Of a stretch of DNA of 57,085 bases, positions 1 through 8,526 are shown piece after piece. The position numbers and the translations under genes were made by a program. Within the stretch, counting starts at the first letter, position 1. Every line of letters starts with the position of its first letter. Below the pieces are notes generated by a model. The model did no database searches. It was not told the DNA's origin and worked only from the letters and a program-made list of their open reading frames with translations. This DNA comes from a virus. Lineage: Duplodnaviria; Caudoviricetes. The stretch covers positions 1-57,085 of the IMG/VR virus record IMGVR_UViG_3300023105_000039. One strand, written 5' to 3'.

Positions 1-1
1 C

Positions 2-1006
2 GGCGTTAGTGCCGTTCTCGTCCTCGGCGTCACCGATTGCAGACCACAACTTCATGCAGATCTCGGAAGGCATGGAGACAAACCAAGTCGCAAGGTTGGT
101 GACCTGCGTGTCGGTGAGAGAATCAGCGAAGGTGTTGGCACCCTGCATCTTCTCGACCATTGCAGCGTGGTCGTTGATACCCCACTTTGCAATCTTGTCA
201 AACTCACCCCGGTCAAGGATATCCTCGACACTGACCTGATACTCGTACTTCTGCACAAAGTCACGGAGGGCAACAGCAGCCTCGAAGCCAACGAAGCCGG
301 TGGCGAGGTTGAGCAGCAGATCGCGGTTTCCGTCCTCTGCGAACAGACCGAGAGACTCGGTGGTGCGAGCGAAGCGGACCCACGACCGACGAGACGGGTA
401 GACCTTGTTAGGCTCGTAATCGTCGGTGTGCTCAAGGTGCTGGCGGTTGTGGTTCACAAAGTCCCACAGAACGCCGTCAACCTTGCCGGAAGCCCAGCCA
501 AGCCAGTCCTCAACGGACGGCTCAATGTCGAAGACGGTCCAGCGATCCAACTCGGCGGGATCCATCTCACCGACCTGATACTGGGAGCCGTGCTCGCCAC
601 CATTGACGGCAGCAATGATCAGCGTCTCCGGATGCAGGTGCCAGCCGTTGATCTTGCGGGAGTCGGTCAACTCGAACAGACCCTGACGGACCTCCATCGT
701 AGCGCGGTCAACCTCGTCCAGAAAGAGCACCACGGGCTCGGTGCAGGCAGTCACAAGCCAGTCGGGAGCGTTCCACGTCGTAGCCTTGCGACCATCGGAA
801 AGGTCGGCAGTGTCGGGCAGACCAAGGAGATCGCCCTCGGTCATCTGCGAAGCACGACGCTCCACGACAGGGAGCGACCGCTGTCCGGCGATCATGTAGA
901 CCACCTCGGACTTGCCGACGCCGTGCCGACCACGGATAAGGACCGGGAGGCGAGCGTCAAGGATCGCGGGGATGGTGTTGAGGAAGGTAGCGAAGTCAAA
1001 AGCCAT
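2..1006 (-). CDS. MoxR-like AAA+ ATPase (runs off the window; absent from ORF track)
   Basis: Manual translation from ATG at 1006: MAFDFATFLNTIPAILDARLPVLIRGRHGVGKS (Walker A)...VLFLDEVDRA (Walker B)...MDPAELDRW (Arg finger)...YPSRRSW. Confidence 0.85.
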   Translation of the reverse strand, partial: MAFDFATFLNTIPAILDARLPVLIRGRHGVGKSEVVYMIAGQRSLPVVERRASQMTEGDLLGLPDTADLSDGRKATTWNAPDWLVTACTEPVVLFLDEVDRATMEVRQGLFELTDSRKINGWHLHPETLIIAAVNGGEHGSQYQVGEMDPAELDRWTVFDIEPSVEDWLGWASGKVDGVLWDFVNHNRQHLEHTDDYEPNKVYPSRRSWVRFARTTESLGLFAEDGNRDLLLNLATGFVGFEAAVALRDFVQKYEYQVSVEDILDRGEFDKIAKWGINDHAAMVEKMQGANTFADSLTDTQVTNLATWFVSMPSEICMKLWSAIGDAEDENGTNA

Positions 1007-1066
1007 AGTAATATCCAGTGCTGGCTTGTTGTTGTGATTGGGAGCCTATCTCCCTCTCACTCTTGT

Positions 1067-1095
1067 AATGTAACCGGGGGATCCCCGGTCGTCAA
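1067..1095 (-). promoter_or_regulatory. sigma70-type promoter
   Basis: TTGACG-17bp-TACATT; GATC in spacer. Confidence 0.8.
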
Positions 1096-1153
1096 GAACT
1101 TTTTTATTTTTCTTTGTTCTCGGAGGGAGCGACCATCGCCCCCTCACCTCTAT

Positions 1154-1181
1154 AATGTAACCGGTTGCGGAGATCCTGCAA
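1154..1181 (-). promoter_or_regulatory. sigma70-type promoter (tandem copy)
   Basis: TTGCAG-16bp-TACATT in the same CCGGTTACATTA context. Confidence 0.55.
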
Positions 1182-1192
1182 GCGGTTTCTTG

Positions 1193-1399
1193 TCACTGAT
1201 TGTCGCAGCCGCTGACGAGTTCCCAGCGGTCGGCACGATCAACAAGAAACTCACAAGTGGCGTTGCCGAAAACTGCGGGCTTATTGAACTTGACGTGAAA
1301 AGCGCCCCAGTCCGCATCCCACATAGTGTGCTTGATCACAAGTCCAACTGCGCCATTTAGGCGGTGCTTTACAAGTGACCCAATAGTAATGCGTTCCAA
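1193..1399 (-). CDS. small SH3/KOW-like microprotein (MKVGDLV family, divergent)
   Basis: ITIGSLVKHR...GLVI...WELVS pattern shared with family. Confidence 0.65.
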   Translation of the reverse strand: MERITIGSLVKHRLNGAVGLVIKHTMWDADWGAFHVKFNKPAVFGNATCEFLVDRADRWELVSGCDNQ

Positions 1400-1410
1400 C
1401 TTTTACCCCT

Positions 1411-1671
1411 TTACTTGCGGTAGATCCAGTTGTCCCACCTTTCGTCCACGAACCGCTTGGAGTGACGAAGGGAAGTATCCATCTTTCCTTCTTCAACCAA
1501 CTTAGCAACATCGCGAACCAACTTGATAAGTGCGATCTTTCCGAACTCTGCCTTTACGGAAGGTCCAACAAAGGTCTGGTGGTTCTTGTTGAGAATGATT
1601 GCGATCTCCAAGGCGTCGCGAAGACCCTGTGGGTCGTCGGTGTCGAGGACAATCGTAAATCGTGCGCCCAT
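1411..1671 (-). CDS. hypothetical protein with ribosomal L7/L12 C-terminal-like motif
   Basis: GKIALIKLVRD...SLRHSKRFVD resembles KIxVIKxVR...LKEAKELVE; RBS and promoter upstream. Confidence 0.5.
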   Translation of the reverse strand: MGARFTIVLDTDDPQGLRDALEIAIILNKNHQTFVGPSVKAEFGKIALIKLVRDVAKLVEEGKMDTSLRHSKRFVDERWDNWIYRK

Positions 1672-1693
1672 TCTCTCTCCGTCTTACCCCAGT

Positions 1694-1722
1694 AATGTAA
1701 CCGGGCGATCGTGATCCGTCAA
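1694..1722 (-). promoter_or_regulatory. sigma70-type promoter
   Basis: TTGACG-17-TACATT; two GATC in spacer. Confidence 0.8.
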
Positions 1723-1834
1723 GATCTTTTTTTATGATCTCGGACTCTGGCGCAGAGCGGCGAGCAGCACGACACCTGCGACGATCCCCCAACCGAGAGC
1801 CCGAAAAGGGGTAACAAGTGCCGTGCGTGCTCTT

Positions 1835-2659
1835 TTACACATCTTTCTTGAAATCCTCGAACATAGTGGAACGGATGCTGTCTTCCGTCCACATCTTAAG
1901 TTCGTAGACCGCGTTCTGGTGTCCGTAGGAATCAGGGTTTGCTGCCCTTTCCTTCCAGTTTTCAATGTTGCTGAAAGTCCACTCGCGACTATCTTCGTGC
2001 TTCCTGCCGGTGCGGAGGAAATGTGGGTGCTTTGCGAGAGCAGCAACGTTAGTAGAGTGCTTCTCAATCCACCCAGAAGGCACAGGGTGGGCTTCTGCGG
2101 TAACAAGTTCCACCTTGCGATAGTAACTATTGCTTCCCTCGCCGCGAACATAGCGACGAAGATCGTGGCGGCTGGTTTCGCCGTCAGAAACCCGCTGAAG
2201 CACAATGATAGGGCTTGGGTGGTTGGTCAAAAGATTCGTGTGAACCTCAAACCCAACAGCGACGGCGAGGTGCTTCTTGGTAACATAACCGCTGCTCTCG
2301 TTACACCATTCATCACGGGTCTGCGAAAACAGCGAGCCAATCCCGATCGGGGACGAGACAATGTAGTCGTGGCAAATCTTCACAATCATGTTGTGATGCT
2401 TTGCGTAGAAAACCTTGTCCTTCTCCAAAGTGGAGCACTTGCGGCGGGTGTGCCCGTAGTTGGAACAATAGCCGCACTGCTGGCTACTGACCTTCTTGCC
2501 CTTCTTTGGACCTACGCGCTCGTTGTACTGCTGAACCACCCAAGCGTCGTGGTCGCCACGGGCGATAGCAGCGTCAGCGCGCTCCTTCATGCGCTTGGTC
2601 TTGGTCGGACAAGTGCGCTGGTTATGTCCGGACTGATAGCAATAGCGACAGCGTGCCAT
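1835..2659 (-). CDS. protein with two CCHC zinc knuckles
   Basis: CRYCYQSGHNQRTC and CGYCSNYGHTRRKC; GGAGA RBS. Confidence 0.75.
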   Translation of the reverse strand: MARCRYCYQSGHNQRTCPTKTKRMKERADAAIARGDHDAWVVQQYNERVGPKKGKKVSSQQCGYCSNYGHTRRKCSTLEKDKVFYAKHHNMIVKICHDYIVSSPIGIGSLFSQTRDEWCNESSGYVTKKHLAVAVGFEVHTNLLTNHPSPIIVLQRVSDGETSRHDLRRYVRGEGSNSYYRKVELVTAEAHPVPSGWIEKHSTNVAALAKHPHFLRTGRKHEDSREWTFSNIENWKERAANPDSYGHQNAVYELKMWTEDSIRSTMFEDFKKDV

Positions 2660-2683
2660 GTTCTCTCTCCTTGTTACCCTTGT

Positions 2684-2726
2684 AATGTAACCGATCTCAC
2701 CAAAAGATCAAGTCACCAAATGTCAC
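2684..2726 (-). promoter_or_regulatory. promoter with upstream GTGAC-N5-GTGAC box
   Basis: GTGACATTTGGTGAC-TTGATC-16-TACATT. Confidence 0.65.
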
Positions 2727-2899
2727 TCGTCGGAATCGGGGTGGTAGACGGGATGATCGCCGGGGACGATCGCGATCACCTCAAAAAAGGTCTGTTCCTG
2801 AGCATGGTCAAAAGCAGCCCTCTTATCGTGAGGACCACAAAAAGAGAAAGAAAAGGAGAACTCCCCGTCAGGAGTGATAGTAATAGCAGTCCAAGTCAT
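2723..2899 (-). CDS. hypothetical protein (58 aa, below track cutoff)
   Basis: MTWTAITITPDGEFSFSFSFCGPHDKRAAFDHAQEQTFFEVIAIVPGDHPVYHPDSDE; fills gap on coding strand. Confidence 0.55.
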   Translation of the reverse strand: MTWTAITITPDGEFSFSFSFCGPHDKRAAFDHAQEQTFFEVIAIVPGDHPVYHPDSDE

Positions 2900-2996
2900 C
2901 TTTTATCCTTTTTCTTGATCTTGCGACGTTCGGGGTCGTTTTGCACCTTGTCGGTCTTCTTGGGAACAAACACGACAGGCGGAACAGGAGTAACTC

Positions 2997-3680
2997 TCAC
3001 TTCTTCTTTACCTTTGGCTTGATCTTCATGTAGCGTTCTTCAACAAAGTAAGTCTTCATAGAGCCAAAAGGCAGCACAATGTAACGCTTTGAGCCCTTTG
3101 CGGCAGAAGTGATCTTATCGTCAACACCGATAATGATCCCGCCACGACGCTTAAAGTTCAGTCTTTCGTCGGAATCAGCACGAGCACCACTATCCGTGCT
3201 CTGCATCATTGAGTCATTAAAGGAGTAACCAGTCACAAACTTGGAGTTTGGGACAATCTGGTCGTCAATGGTAAAACGAGGCTTGCGCTCCAACTCGGCA
3301 AGAACCTTCTTTGCGTACTTGTTGTTACGCATTTTAAGGAACTTGCCGCGCGGTGGAATCTTGCCCTCAAGCACCACCTTCACAACGTCACCATAGTAAC
3401 CAGCAGCCTGCGCCTTGTAATAGGTAGCAATCTTGATCGCTGCCTTCTTGTGGTGATTATTGTACTCGTTCTCCCAGTTAGCAAGTTCCTGCTGGGCTTC
3501 CTCGCTGTTCTCCTTGAGAATGCGGTTACAGACAGCCTTCTGGCGATCAGACAAGGTGCGACCCTTGGCGATCTGCTCTCGGATGCTATCAGCGAAGCCA
3601 GCAGACCACTGGTCGCAAGTCGGCAGCCCCTTGATCTTCCCAAGGCGCTCATAAATCTGCTGGTCGGTCAGGTCAGACAT
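2997..3680 (-). CDS. hypothetical protein, possible C-terminal SH3-like fold
   Basis: 227-aa ORF with GGAG RBS and promoter; FTIDDQIV...GIIIGV...YIVLPF...VEERYMK. Confidence 0.75.
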   Translation of the reverse strand: MSDLTDQQIYERLGKIKGLPTCDQWSAGFADSIREQIAKGRTLSDRQKAVCNRILKENSEEAQQELANWENEYNNHHKKAAIKIATYYKAQAAGYYGDVVKVVLEGKIPPRGKFLKMRNNKYAKKVLAELERKPRFTIDDQIVPNSKFVTGYSFNDSMMQSTDSGARADSDERLNFKRRGGIIIGVDDKITSAAKGSKRYIVLPFGSMKTYFVEERYMKIKPKVKKK

Positions 3681-3689
3681 TCGTTCTCC

Positions 3690-3911
3690 TTACTCCTGTA
3701 ATGTAACCGGGGGATCGTCATCCGTCAAGGGCATTTCTGAAATAACTTTCCAGTCATCCTTGTCGGGATCTGTTTTGCAGGTAGAACCTGCGTAATAGCC
3801 AGTGATCTCGCAGATCTCCCACCATCCTGCTTCGTCCTTTCCAACAACAATCCCGATCCCTGTGGGTTCTTCGTAAGAACCGACAAAGCGGACAAGATCA
3901 CCCACTTTCAC
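3690..3911 (-). CDS. MKVGDLV-family microprotein
   Basis: MKVGDLVRF...GIVVG...WKVISE; tail PLTDDDPPVTLQE encodes the next promoter. Confidence 0.75.
   Translation of the reverse strand: MKVGDLVRFVGSYEEPTGIGIVVGKDEAGWWEICEITGYYAGSTCKTDPDKDDWKVISEMPLTDDDPPVTLQE
3700..3728 (-). promoter_or_regulatory. sigma70-type promoter
   Basis: TTGACG-17-TACATT; GATC in spacer. Confidence 0.8.
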
Positions 3912-4080
3912 TAATCACCTTCCAATGGCTCACATCCCAGCCTCTACTGGGAGAAAACCAAGGATCGTCGGTGTTTAGCGCAGTTACCATAATCTTCCAA
4001 CTTCCCACTTTAGCGGTTACAATGCCGATAGTGTTGGGGGAGAGGTTTGATCTGTAGCGAACAAGATCACCAACTTTCAT
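3898..4080 (-). CDS. MKVGDLV-family microprotein (likely start 4080)
   Basis: MKVGDLVRY...GIVTA...WKVISESG; ATGA overlap with upstream stop. Confidence 0.75.
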   Translation of the reverse strand: MKVGDLVRYRSNLSPNTIGIVTAKVGSWKIMVTALNTDDPWFSPSRGWDVSHWKVISESG

Positions 4081-4331
4081 TCTACCTGCTCCAAGTAACG
4101 GAAGAAGCCAATGTCTACGCAACGTTCCTCTCCGTTTACAAAAAAGAAAGCATTGAGTAGTGGGGACTTTTCTGAAATGCCCTCGGGTCTTTCCCACTTT
4201 GTGAGAAGGTAGAACTTACCAATCTCCCACGTTCCTGCGGGTGCTGGATTGTTGTTGTTCACGTCGCCCTTGTAGCGATAAAGACCGCCCACGGGATGAA
4301 GTTTGCTGAAAAGTGCGTAGCCGTTAGCCAT
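4077..4331 (-). CDS. hypothetical protein
   Basis: Likely start MANGYALF at a TAATG overlap. Confidence 0.6.
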   Translation of the reverse strand: MANGYALFSKLHPVGGLYRYKGDVNNNNPAPAGTWEIGKFYLLTKWERPEGISEKSPLLNAFFFVNGEERCVDIGFFRYLEQVE

Positions 4332-4681
4332 TAGAAAGAAATGCTCCGCTGGACGCAAATGTCGGGGTGTGCAAAGCCGTCGTGCTCGTTGTCGTCGCAG
4401 TCGTCGCCATAACGAACAAAGCGGTGAGCGTTGCCGTCAAACTTGCTCTCAATCGCGTGCATCATTTGCATAAACAATGCGATGCCGGGGTGACCTTCTG
4501 ACCACTTGATCCAGCCCCAGTGAAAGAGGTAAGAACCAGCGGTATCGTAGTCGCCAAGGTGGCGCGTGTCGGTCTGGACGAAAAGCAACTGCTTTAGCGC
4601 AGGGTGCTTCCCGCACCACGCAAGCAACGTAGGAACAGCGTCAGCCTCGATGGCGAAAACAACTTCACTTCTGTAACCCAT
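4331..4681 (-). CDS. hypothetical phage protein (MGYRSEV...FVRYGDD type)
   Basis: ORF with RBS and promoter. Confidence 0.7.
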   Translation of the reverse strand: MGYRSEVVFAIEADAVPTLLAWCGKHPALKQLLFVQTDTRHLGDYDTAGSYLFHWGWIKWSEGHPGIALFMQMMHAIESKFDGNAHRFVRYGDDCDDNEHDGFAHPDICVQRSISF

Positions 4682-4705
4682 AGTCTCTCTCCTTCTTACT
4701 CTGGT

Positions 4706-4747
4706 AATGTATCCCGGTGATCGCAGATCGTCAAGTCACGGAATGTC
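4706..4747 (-). promoter_or_regulatory. promoter with upstream GTGAC box
   Basis: GACATTCCGTGAC-TTGACG-17-TACATT; two GATC in spacer. Confidence 0.8.
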
Positions 4748-4951
4748 TCTGACTTCGATCTCCCAAGGTCGCACCCACTCGCGCCCGTTCCTACGCAGAC
4801 CGAGAGGAACAGGCGACTTATCAGGCATAAACCAATGAACCAAGAACCAGTCCTCATTGTCTGGATCGTTCTCGATCACATCAGTTTCTACGATAATGCC
4901 GTAAAGGTTCTGAAAAGCGGTGGACTGAATGTAATCACCGACTTTCATCAT
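4736..4951 (-). CDS. MKVGDLV-family microprotein
   Basis: MKVGDYIQ...GIIVE...VHWF...EIEV. Confidence 0.7.
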   Translation of the reverse strand: MMKVGDYIQSTAFQNLYGIIVETDVIENDPDNEDWFLVHWFMPDKSPVPLGLRRNGREWVRPWEIEVRDIP

Positions 4952-5112
4952 TCCTCCGAAAGTGGCTTGAGTTCATCGTCATCAACATACCAAACACTCC
5001 CGTCTTCAAAATCATAGACAAGCCAATCCCAATCGCTTTTGCCTTCTTCGATGATTAGTCCCTTCCAAGGAAGGTGGTTTGCCTCAACAATCACAAGGTC
5101 ACCTACTTTCAC
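4948..5112 (-). CDS. MKVGDLV-family microprotein (54 aa, not in track)
   Basis: MKVGDLVIVEANHLPWKGLIIEEGKSDWDWLVYDFEDGSVWYVDDDELKPLSEE. Confidence 0.7.
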   Translation of the reverse strand: MKVGDLVIVEANHLPWKGLIIEEGKSDWDWLVYDFEDGSVWYVDDDELKPLSEE

Positions 5113-5459
5113 TACAACTTTCCCTTGTGGTTAGAGTTGCCAAAGTTCTCGCCAACACGACGAAACTTCATGCCAGACATAGCGGTGTTAGACTGGGAAA
5201 GATGGCAAGACTTGCCCTTGTTCATCCCAGTATTGTTATGCCAAGCCTTCTTGTACTTTTCTCGGTCCTCGGCGGAATCAAACGCAAGGATCGTGAGCCC
5301 CGCCATCTTCCCATCAGCGCCATTCACAGCGAGGTAGGGCACAGCCGTCTCCTCGGCACAATCAGGACAATGATTGCGAAGACCGCCTGCACGCTTCTTC
5401 TCGGCAGAGTGAAGGTCAAACGGGTCTTCGCACACAGCGCAGTCAATCATCGTCGGCAT
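5112..5459 (-). CDS. zinc-ribbon protein
   Basis: CAVC...HCPDC; GGAGG RBS. Confidence 0.7.
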   Translation of the reverse strand: MPTMIDCAVCEDPFDLHSAEKKRAGGLRNHCPDCAEETAVPYLAVNGADGKMAGLTILAFDSAEDREKYKKAWHNNTGMNKGKSCHLSQSNTAMSGMKFRRVGENFGNSNHKGKL

Positions 5460-5507
5460 CGTTCCTCCTACTCCACTAACATAGCACGGGGATCGTCTTC
5501 TGTCTTG

Positions 5508-5774
5508 TCACGGATTGTCATCGTCAATCGGGACGACGTGTTGCCAAATGTTAGGGTAAGCCCTCAACTCCTTTCCGCGATAAATGACCTTTCGCGAACC
5601 ATAAAGGTCTTTGCCAAGATAGATAATGTGATCGAAAGGTCGCACCTTTGCTTCTGCCGTAAAATGTCCGTGACCGAGGTGAATGTCGAGAAAGTGGTCG
5701 CTGACGCGAACGTGCGTTTCTCGGTCAGACCTGATCTTGTAGAGTTCTCCGACCTTTAGTTCTGAAACCTTCAC
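5508..5774 (-). CDS. SH3-like microprotein (LKVGELY variant)
   Basis: MKVSELKVGELY...IIYLG. Confidence 0.65.
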   Translation of the reverse strand: MKVSELKVGELYKIRSDRETHVRVSDHFLDIHLGHGHFTAEAKVRPFDHIIYLGKDLYGSRKVIYRGKELRAYPNIWQHVVPIDDDNP

Positions 5775-6013
5775 ATTTCCTCCACTGGTTCAATCTTGCG
5801 CCATTCGGTCGGACACATAGCAAGCCTTTTGCCTCCAATAAGACACCATCTTGTAAGGAATCCACCGGTACGGTCTTCACCAAGATAAACCATAAGTCTG
5901 CTGTTAAGGCGCTTTCCCCAATCAACATAAGCATAATCCTTTACAAAACCAAAGTCGTGACTTGGGCTCTTGGGTCGGTAAAGAGCACCAACTTTGAGAT
6001 CCTTTACATACAT
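5771..6013 (-). CDS. SH3-like microprotein (LKVGALY variant; likely start 6013)
   Basis: MYVKDLKVGALY...MVYLG; resembles 5508..5774. Confidence 0.65.
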   Translation of the reverse strand: MYVKDLKVGALYRPKSPSHDFGFVKDYAYVDWGKRLNSRLMVYLGEDRTGGFLTRWCLIGGKRLAMCPTEWRKIEPVEEM

Positions 6014-6014
6014 T

Positions 6015-6194
6015 CTACCACTCCGTAGTCCAACCGGACAAAGTAAATGTTGTTGCTGCGACACCTTCGTCGTCGCCCTTTTCTTCCTTTCTCACAAACC
6101 AAGAGAGAAACTGAAGATCTTTCGCAATCTGCTCTGCGATCTTCTCTGGATCGCTTGTGTCCCCGAAAGGAATAACAAACTGAATCTGCTCCAT
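6015..6194 (-). CDS. hypothetical protein (59 aa, not in track)
   Basis: MEQIQFVIPFGDTSDPEKIAEQIAKDLQFLSWFVRKEEKGDDEGVAATTFTLSGWTTEW; GGAGGCATAATG coupling. Confidence 0.6.
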   Translation of the reverse strand: MEQIQFVIPFGDTSDPEKIAEQIAKDLQFLSWFVRKEEKGDDEGVAATTFTLSGWTTEW

Positions 6195-6361
6195 TATGCC
6201 TCCGAGAGAACTTTGAAATTTGAAGCATAGCCAGTTTCTACCACACCGATAGAAGGAAGCCTAATGTAGCAAACGAAAGAATAGTTATTTCTTCTAAAGC
6301 ATTTCACAACAATAGCACGATAACCATATCCCACGTTCTCGACAAGATCACCGACTTTCAT
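6194..6361 (-). CDS. MKVGDLV-family microprotein (55 aa, not in track)
   Basis: MKVGDLVENVGYGYRAIVVKCFRRNNYSFVCYIRLPSIGVVETGYASNFKVLSEA. Confidence 0.7.
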   Translation of the reverse strand: MKVGDLVENVGYGYRAIVVKCFRRNNYSFVCYIRLPSIGVVETGYASNFKVLSEA

Positions 6362-6546
6362 TATGCCTCCGAAACAAGGTCGTATTCCAGATGGGCGATG
6401 CGATACACGGGCTCAACGATAAAAGAGTCTGCGAGACGCACAAGGACATAGCGGTCCAACCCGAAATCTCCCTTGCCGCGAGCCGTGACCATCCACAGAT
6501 CACCGAGACAATCTCTTAGCAGCGTGCCGTCGCGATAGAGTTCCAT
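6361..6546 (-). CDS. microprotein ending LVSEA
   Basis: GGAGG RBS, promoter, family-type C-terminus. Confidence 0.65.
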   Translation of the reverse strand: MELYRDGTLLRDCLGDLWMVTARGKGDFGLDRYVLVRLADSFIVEPVYRIAHLEYDLVSEA

Positions 6547-6565
6547 TCGTCCTCCTTACCTCTGT

Positions 6566-6609
6566 AATGTAGCACGGGGATCGCAGGTCGTCAAGTCACG
6601 GAATGTCAC
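6566..6609 (-). promoter_or_regulatory. promoter with upstream GTGAC-N5-GTGAC box
   Basis: TGTGACATTCCGTGAC-TTGACG-17-TACATT. Confidence 0.8.
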
Positions 6610-7430
6610 AGGCGAATGTGCCTGACCTTCACGCCCTTGGCTTTCACCTTTTCTTTTATCATTATGCGTTCTCGGTTGGAAAGAGGAACTTCCGAGTTGA
6701 AATCAGAAATGACTACTAATGTCTGCCCTGCTTCCATTTTATCAAGAACATTCCAGAGCGCAAACCAGATCTCTGTGCCTCCGTTGGGTCTTATGTTCTG
6801 TAACATAATCCAAGCAGGCAGATAACCAGTGTTGGCGACATAGACTTTTGCGTGTTTTGGTTTCCAATAAGCAATCGCATTCGTCCACCTAATCCAATCT
6901 TCACCAGCCATAGATCCAGAGGCGTCAATGAGGTAGAAATCGGCTATTATTTTGGGTGGGGTGATTGGTTGTTTGGATTTTTTGAGGACAGCCACGTCCA
7001 CTCTGCGGGCTCTAATCGTGTGTTTTCCTGTTGCTTCGCCCTTCCATTCTAACTCTACAAGCGCACCTTCTCTGAGGGACATTATGTAGCGGGCAACTTC
7101 GTTTGCCCTTTTGCGCGAGAGTTGGCGATTGTAGGAATGGTCGCCGCATCCGTCAGTAAAACCTGTAACGATGAACCTATCGTGGGTGGGGTGGCTGTCC
7201 AAAAAGTCTTTTATTCTCTTGCGTAGTTCGTAATGTAGATAGAACTGATCTTCTTCATAAAAGATAGAGGTTTCTTCTTTTGTTGTGTTCTCGGCAAGTT
7301 GCGCCACAGGATCTCCAACGGAAACCTCTGTGACGCAACCCTCAAGAGAACACCTACTTTGCGCGTCGCCTATCGTTATCCAGTTTGGCTGGAGTTGTAA
7401 GAACAGGCTAATCGCAATAGTTGAGAACAC
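6606..7430 (-). CDS. exported OmpA-like peptidoglycan-binding domain + vWA domain protein
   Basis: Hydrophobic N-terminus; IVTGFTDGCGDHSYNRQLSRKRANEV...RRVDV (OmpA C-terminal); LIDASGSM...GGT...VVISD (vWA MIDAS). Confidence 0.75.
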   Translation of the reverse strand: MFSTIAISLFLQLQPNWITIGDAQSRCSLEGCVTEVSVGDPVAQLAENTTKEETSIFYEEDQFYLHYELRKRIKDFLDSHPTHDRFIVTGFTDGCGDHSYNRQLSRKRANEVARYIMSLREGALVELEWKGEATGKHTIRARRVDVAVLKKSKQPITPPKIIADFYLIDASGSMAGEDWIRWTNAIAYWKPKHAKVYVANTGYLPAWIMLQNIRPNGGTEIWFALWNVLDKMEAGQTLVVISDFNSEVPLSNRERIMIKEKVKAKGVKVRHIRL

Positions 7431-7441
7431 AAACTAAATAG

Positions 7442-7729
7442 TCAGGCAAGTCGCGGGCACTCACCTTCTACCAGCCCGCCGTGAGCGATAATCATCTTGC
7501 GAACAACAGCAGCAGGCACATAAGCATAGACCGTTTCAGTCAGCCTACTTGGGTCTTCTGCGTAGTCCTTGATGAAAATGCACGGGCGGTTAGGAAAGCC
7601 CAACTCAACGGACTTGTAGGCAACAGCGGAATCACTACGGGGCTCGCAATAAGCACCATCGTGCGCCTGAATAGAAATTGAGAAGCCGTCAGCGAAGACA
7701 GCACGCTTGTAGCGGTGGGAACTTGCCAT
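7442..7729 (-). CDS. hypothetical phage protein
   Basis: DGFSISIQA...YCEPR...VELGFP...TVYAYVP...HGG; GAGG RBS. Confidence 0.75.
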   Translation of the reverse strand: MASSHRYKRAVFADGFSISIQAHDGAYCEPRSDSAVAYKSVELGFPNRPCIFIKDYAEDPSRLTETVYAYVPAAVVRKMIIAHGGLVEGECPRLA

Positions 7730-7851
7730 TTTTTACCTCTCAGCACATAAAGATTGTGATAACGAAAAAGATACTAACAATGCTGACTACAATTCCAAGG
7801 TCAGCCATAAAATCTCGATCCATTTGATCTCCTTAGAAGGGAGTAATTAGT

Positions 7852-8028
7852 TCATAAAGCCTCGGAAAGCACGCGCAAGTGGGTGCGAAAGTTTGCCTCT
7901 GTAAAGGCAGGCACACAAAGCCACGCAACAATCGGGTCGTCGTCTTCGTCAAAGGACACGATGATGCCGCGCTGTCGTCTTTTGGGGCTTTGGAATCCAA
8001 CAAACTTTACAAGATCACCGACCTTCAC
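7852..8028 (-). CDS. MKVGDLV-family microprotein (58 aa, not in track)
   Basis: MKVGDLVKFVGFQSPKRRQRGIIVSFDEDDDPIVAWLCVPAFTEANFRTHLRVLSEAL. Confidence 0.7.
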   Translation of the reverse strand: MKVGDLVKFVGFQSPKRRQRGIIVSFDEDDDPIVAWLCVPAFTEANFRTHLRVLSEAL

Positions 8029-8197
8029 TAATCACCTCGAATTCGCCGTCTCTAAGCCAATACTTTTTGTTCTTGGAAACAACATAGATCTGTACGTCCT
8101 CGGGGGCGTCTATGGCGTCTATGATGATGCCGTGTGTCGGGTGGTGGCGGTCTGGCTCCCAAGGCAGCCAGCATTTTACAAGATCACCGACCTTCAC
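8015..8197 (-). CDS. MKVGDLV-family microprotein
   Basis: MKVGDLVKC...GIIID...FEVISEGR. Confidence 0.75.
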   Translation of the reverse strand: MKVGDLVKCWLPWEPDRHHPTHGIIIDAIDAPEDVQIYVVSKNKKYWLRDGEFEVISEGR

Positions 8198-8375
8198 TAA
8201 TCACCTCCAACTCGTCAGGACGAAAGTTATGAACTACTCGCGTGCCCTTGATTTCTCCTGAGAGCCAAAAGATAGAAAAAGAACCATCGTAGGCTTGATC
8301 GACAATCACAGCAACAGAGTTGCGCTGCGGCTTGATGTTGGTTTTAGAGCCTCGGACAAGATCACCGACCTTCAC
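8184..8375 (-). CDS. MKVGDLV-family microprotein
   Basis: MKVGDLVRG...AVIVD...LEVISEGR. Confidence 0.75.
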   Translation of the reverse strand: MKVGDLVRGSKTNIKPQRNSVAVIVDQAYDGSFSIFWLSGEIKGTRVVHNFRPDELEVISEGR

Positions 8376-8526
8376 TGATTACCTCCAAATCGCGGGCAGG
8401 GTAAGAACCAAAGATCATAAGATCAAGCCAGTAAACCTTGGTGTAACTTGCTGTGCCGGGATAAGTGTTCAGAACGATGCCTGTTGAGTTCGCTCTATTG
8501 TGCCTAACCAAATCACCGACTTTCAC
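8362..8526 (-). CDS. MKVGDLV-family microprotein (GTG start 8526)
   Basis: MKVGDLVRH...GIVLN...VYWL...LEVISEGR. Confidence 0.75.
   Translation of the reverse strand: MKVGDLVRHNRANSTGIVLNTYPGTASYTKVYWLDLMIFGSYPARDLEVISEGR

Noticed and set aside
167-1360. 397-aa plus-strand ORF
   Set aside because: Antisense shadow of the minus-strand AAA ATPase, which has clear Walker motifs; the ORF also runs through promoter DNA.
1823-3022. 399-aa plus-strand ORF and other plus-strand ORFs in the track
   Set aside because: They lie opposite well-formed minus-strand genes with RBS and promoters and show no recognisable motifs.
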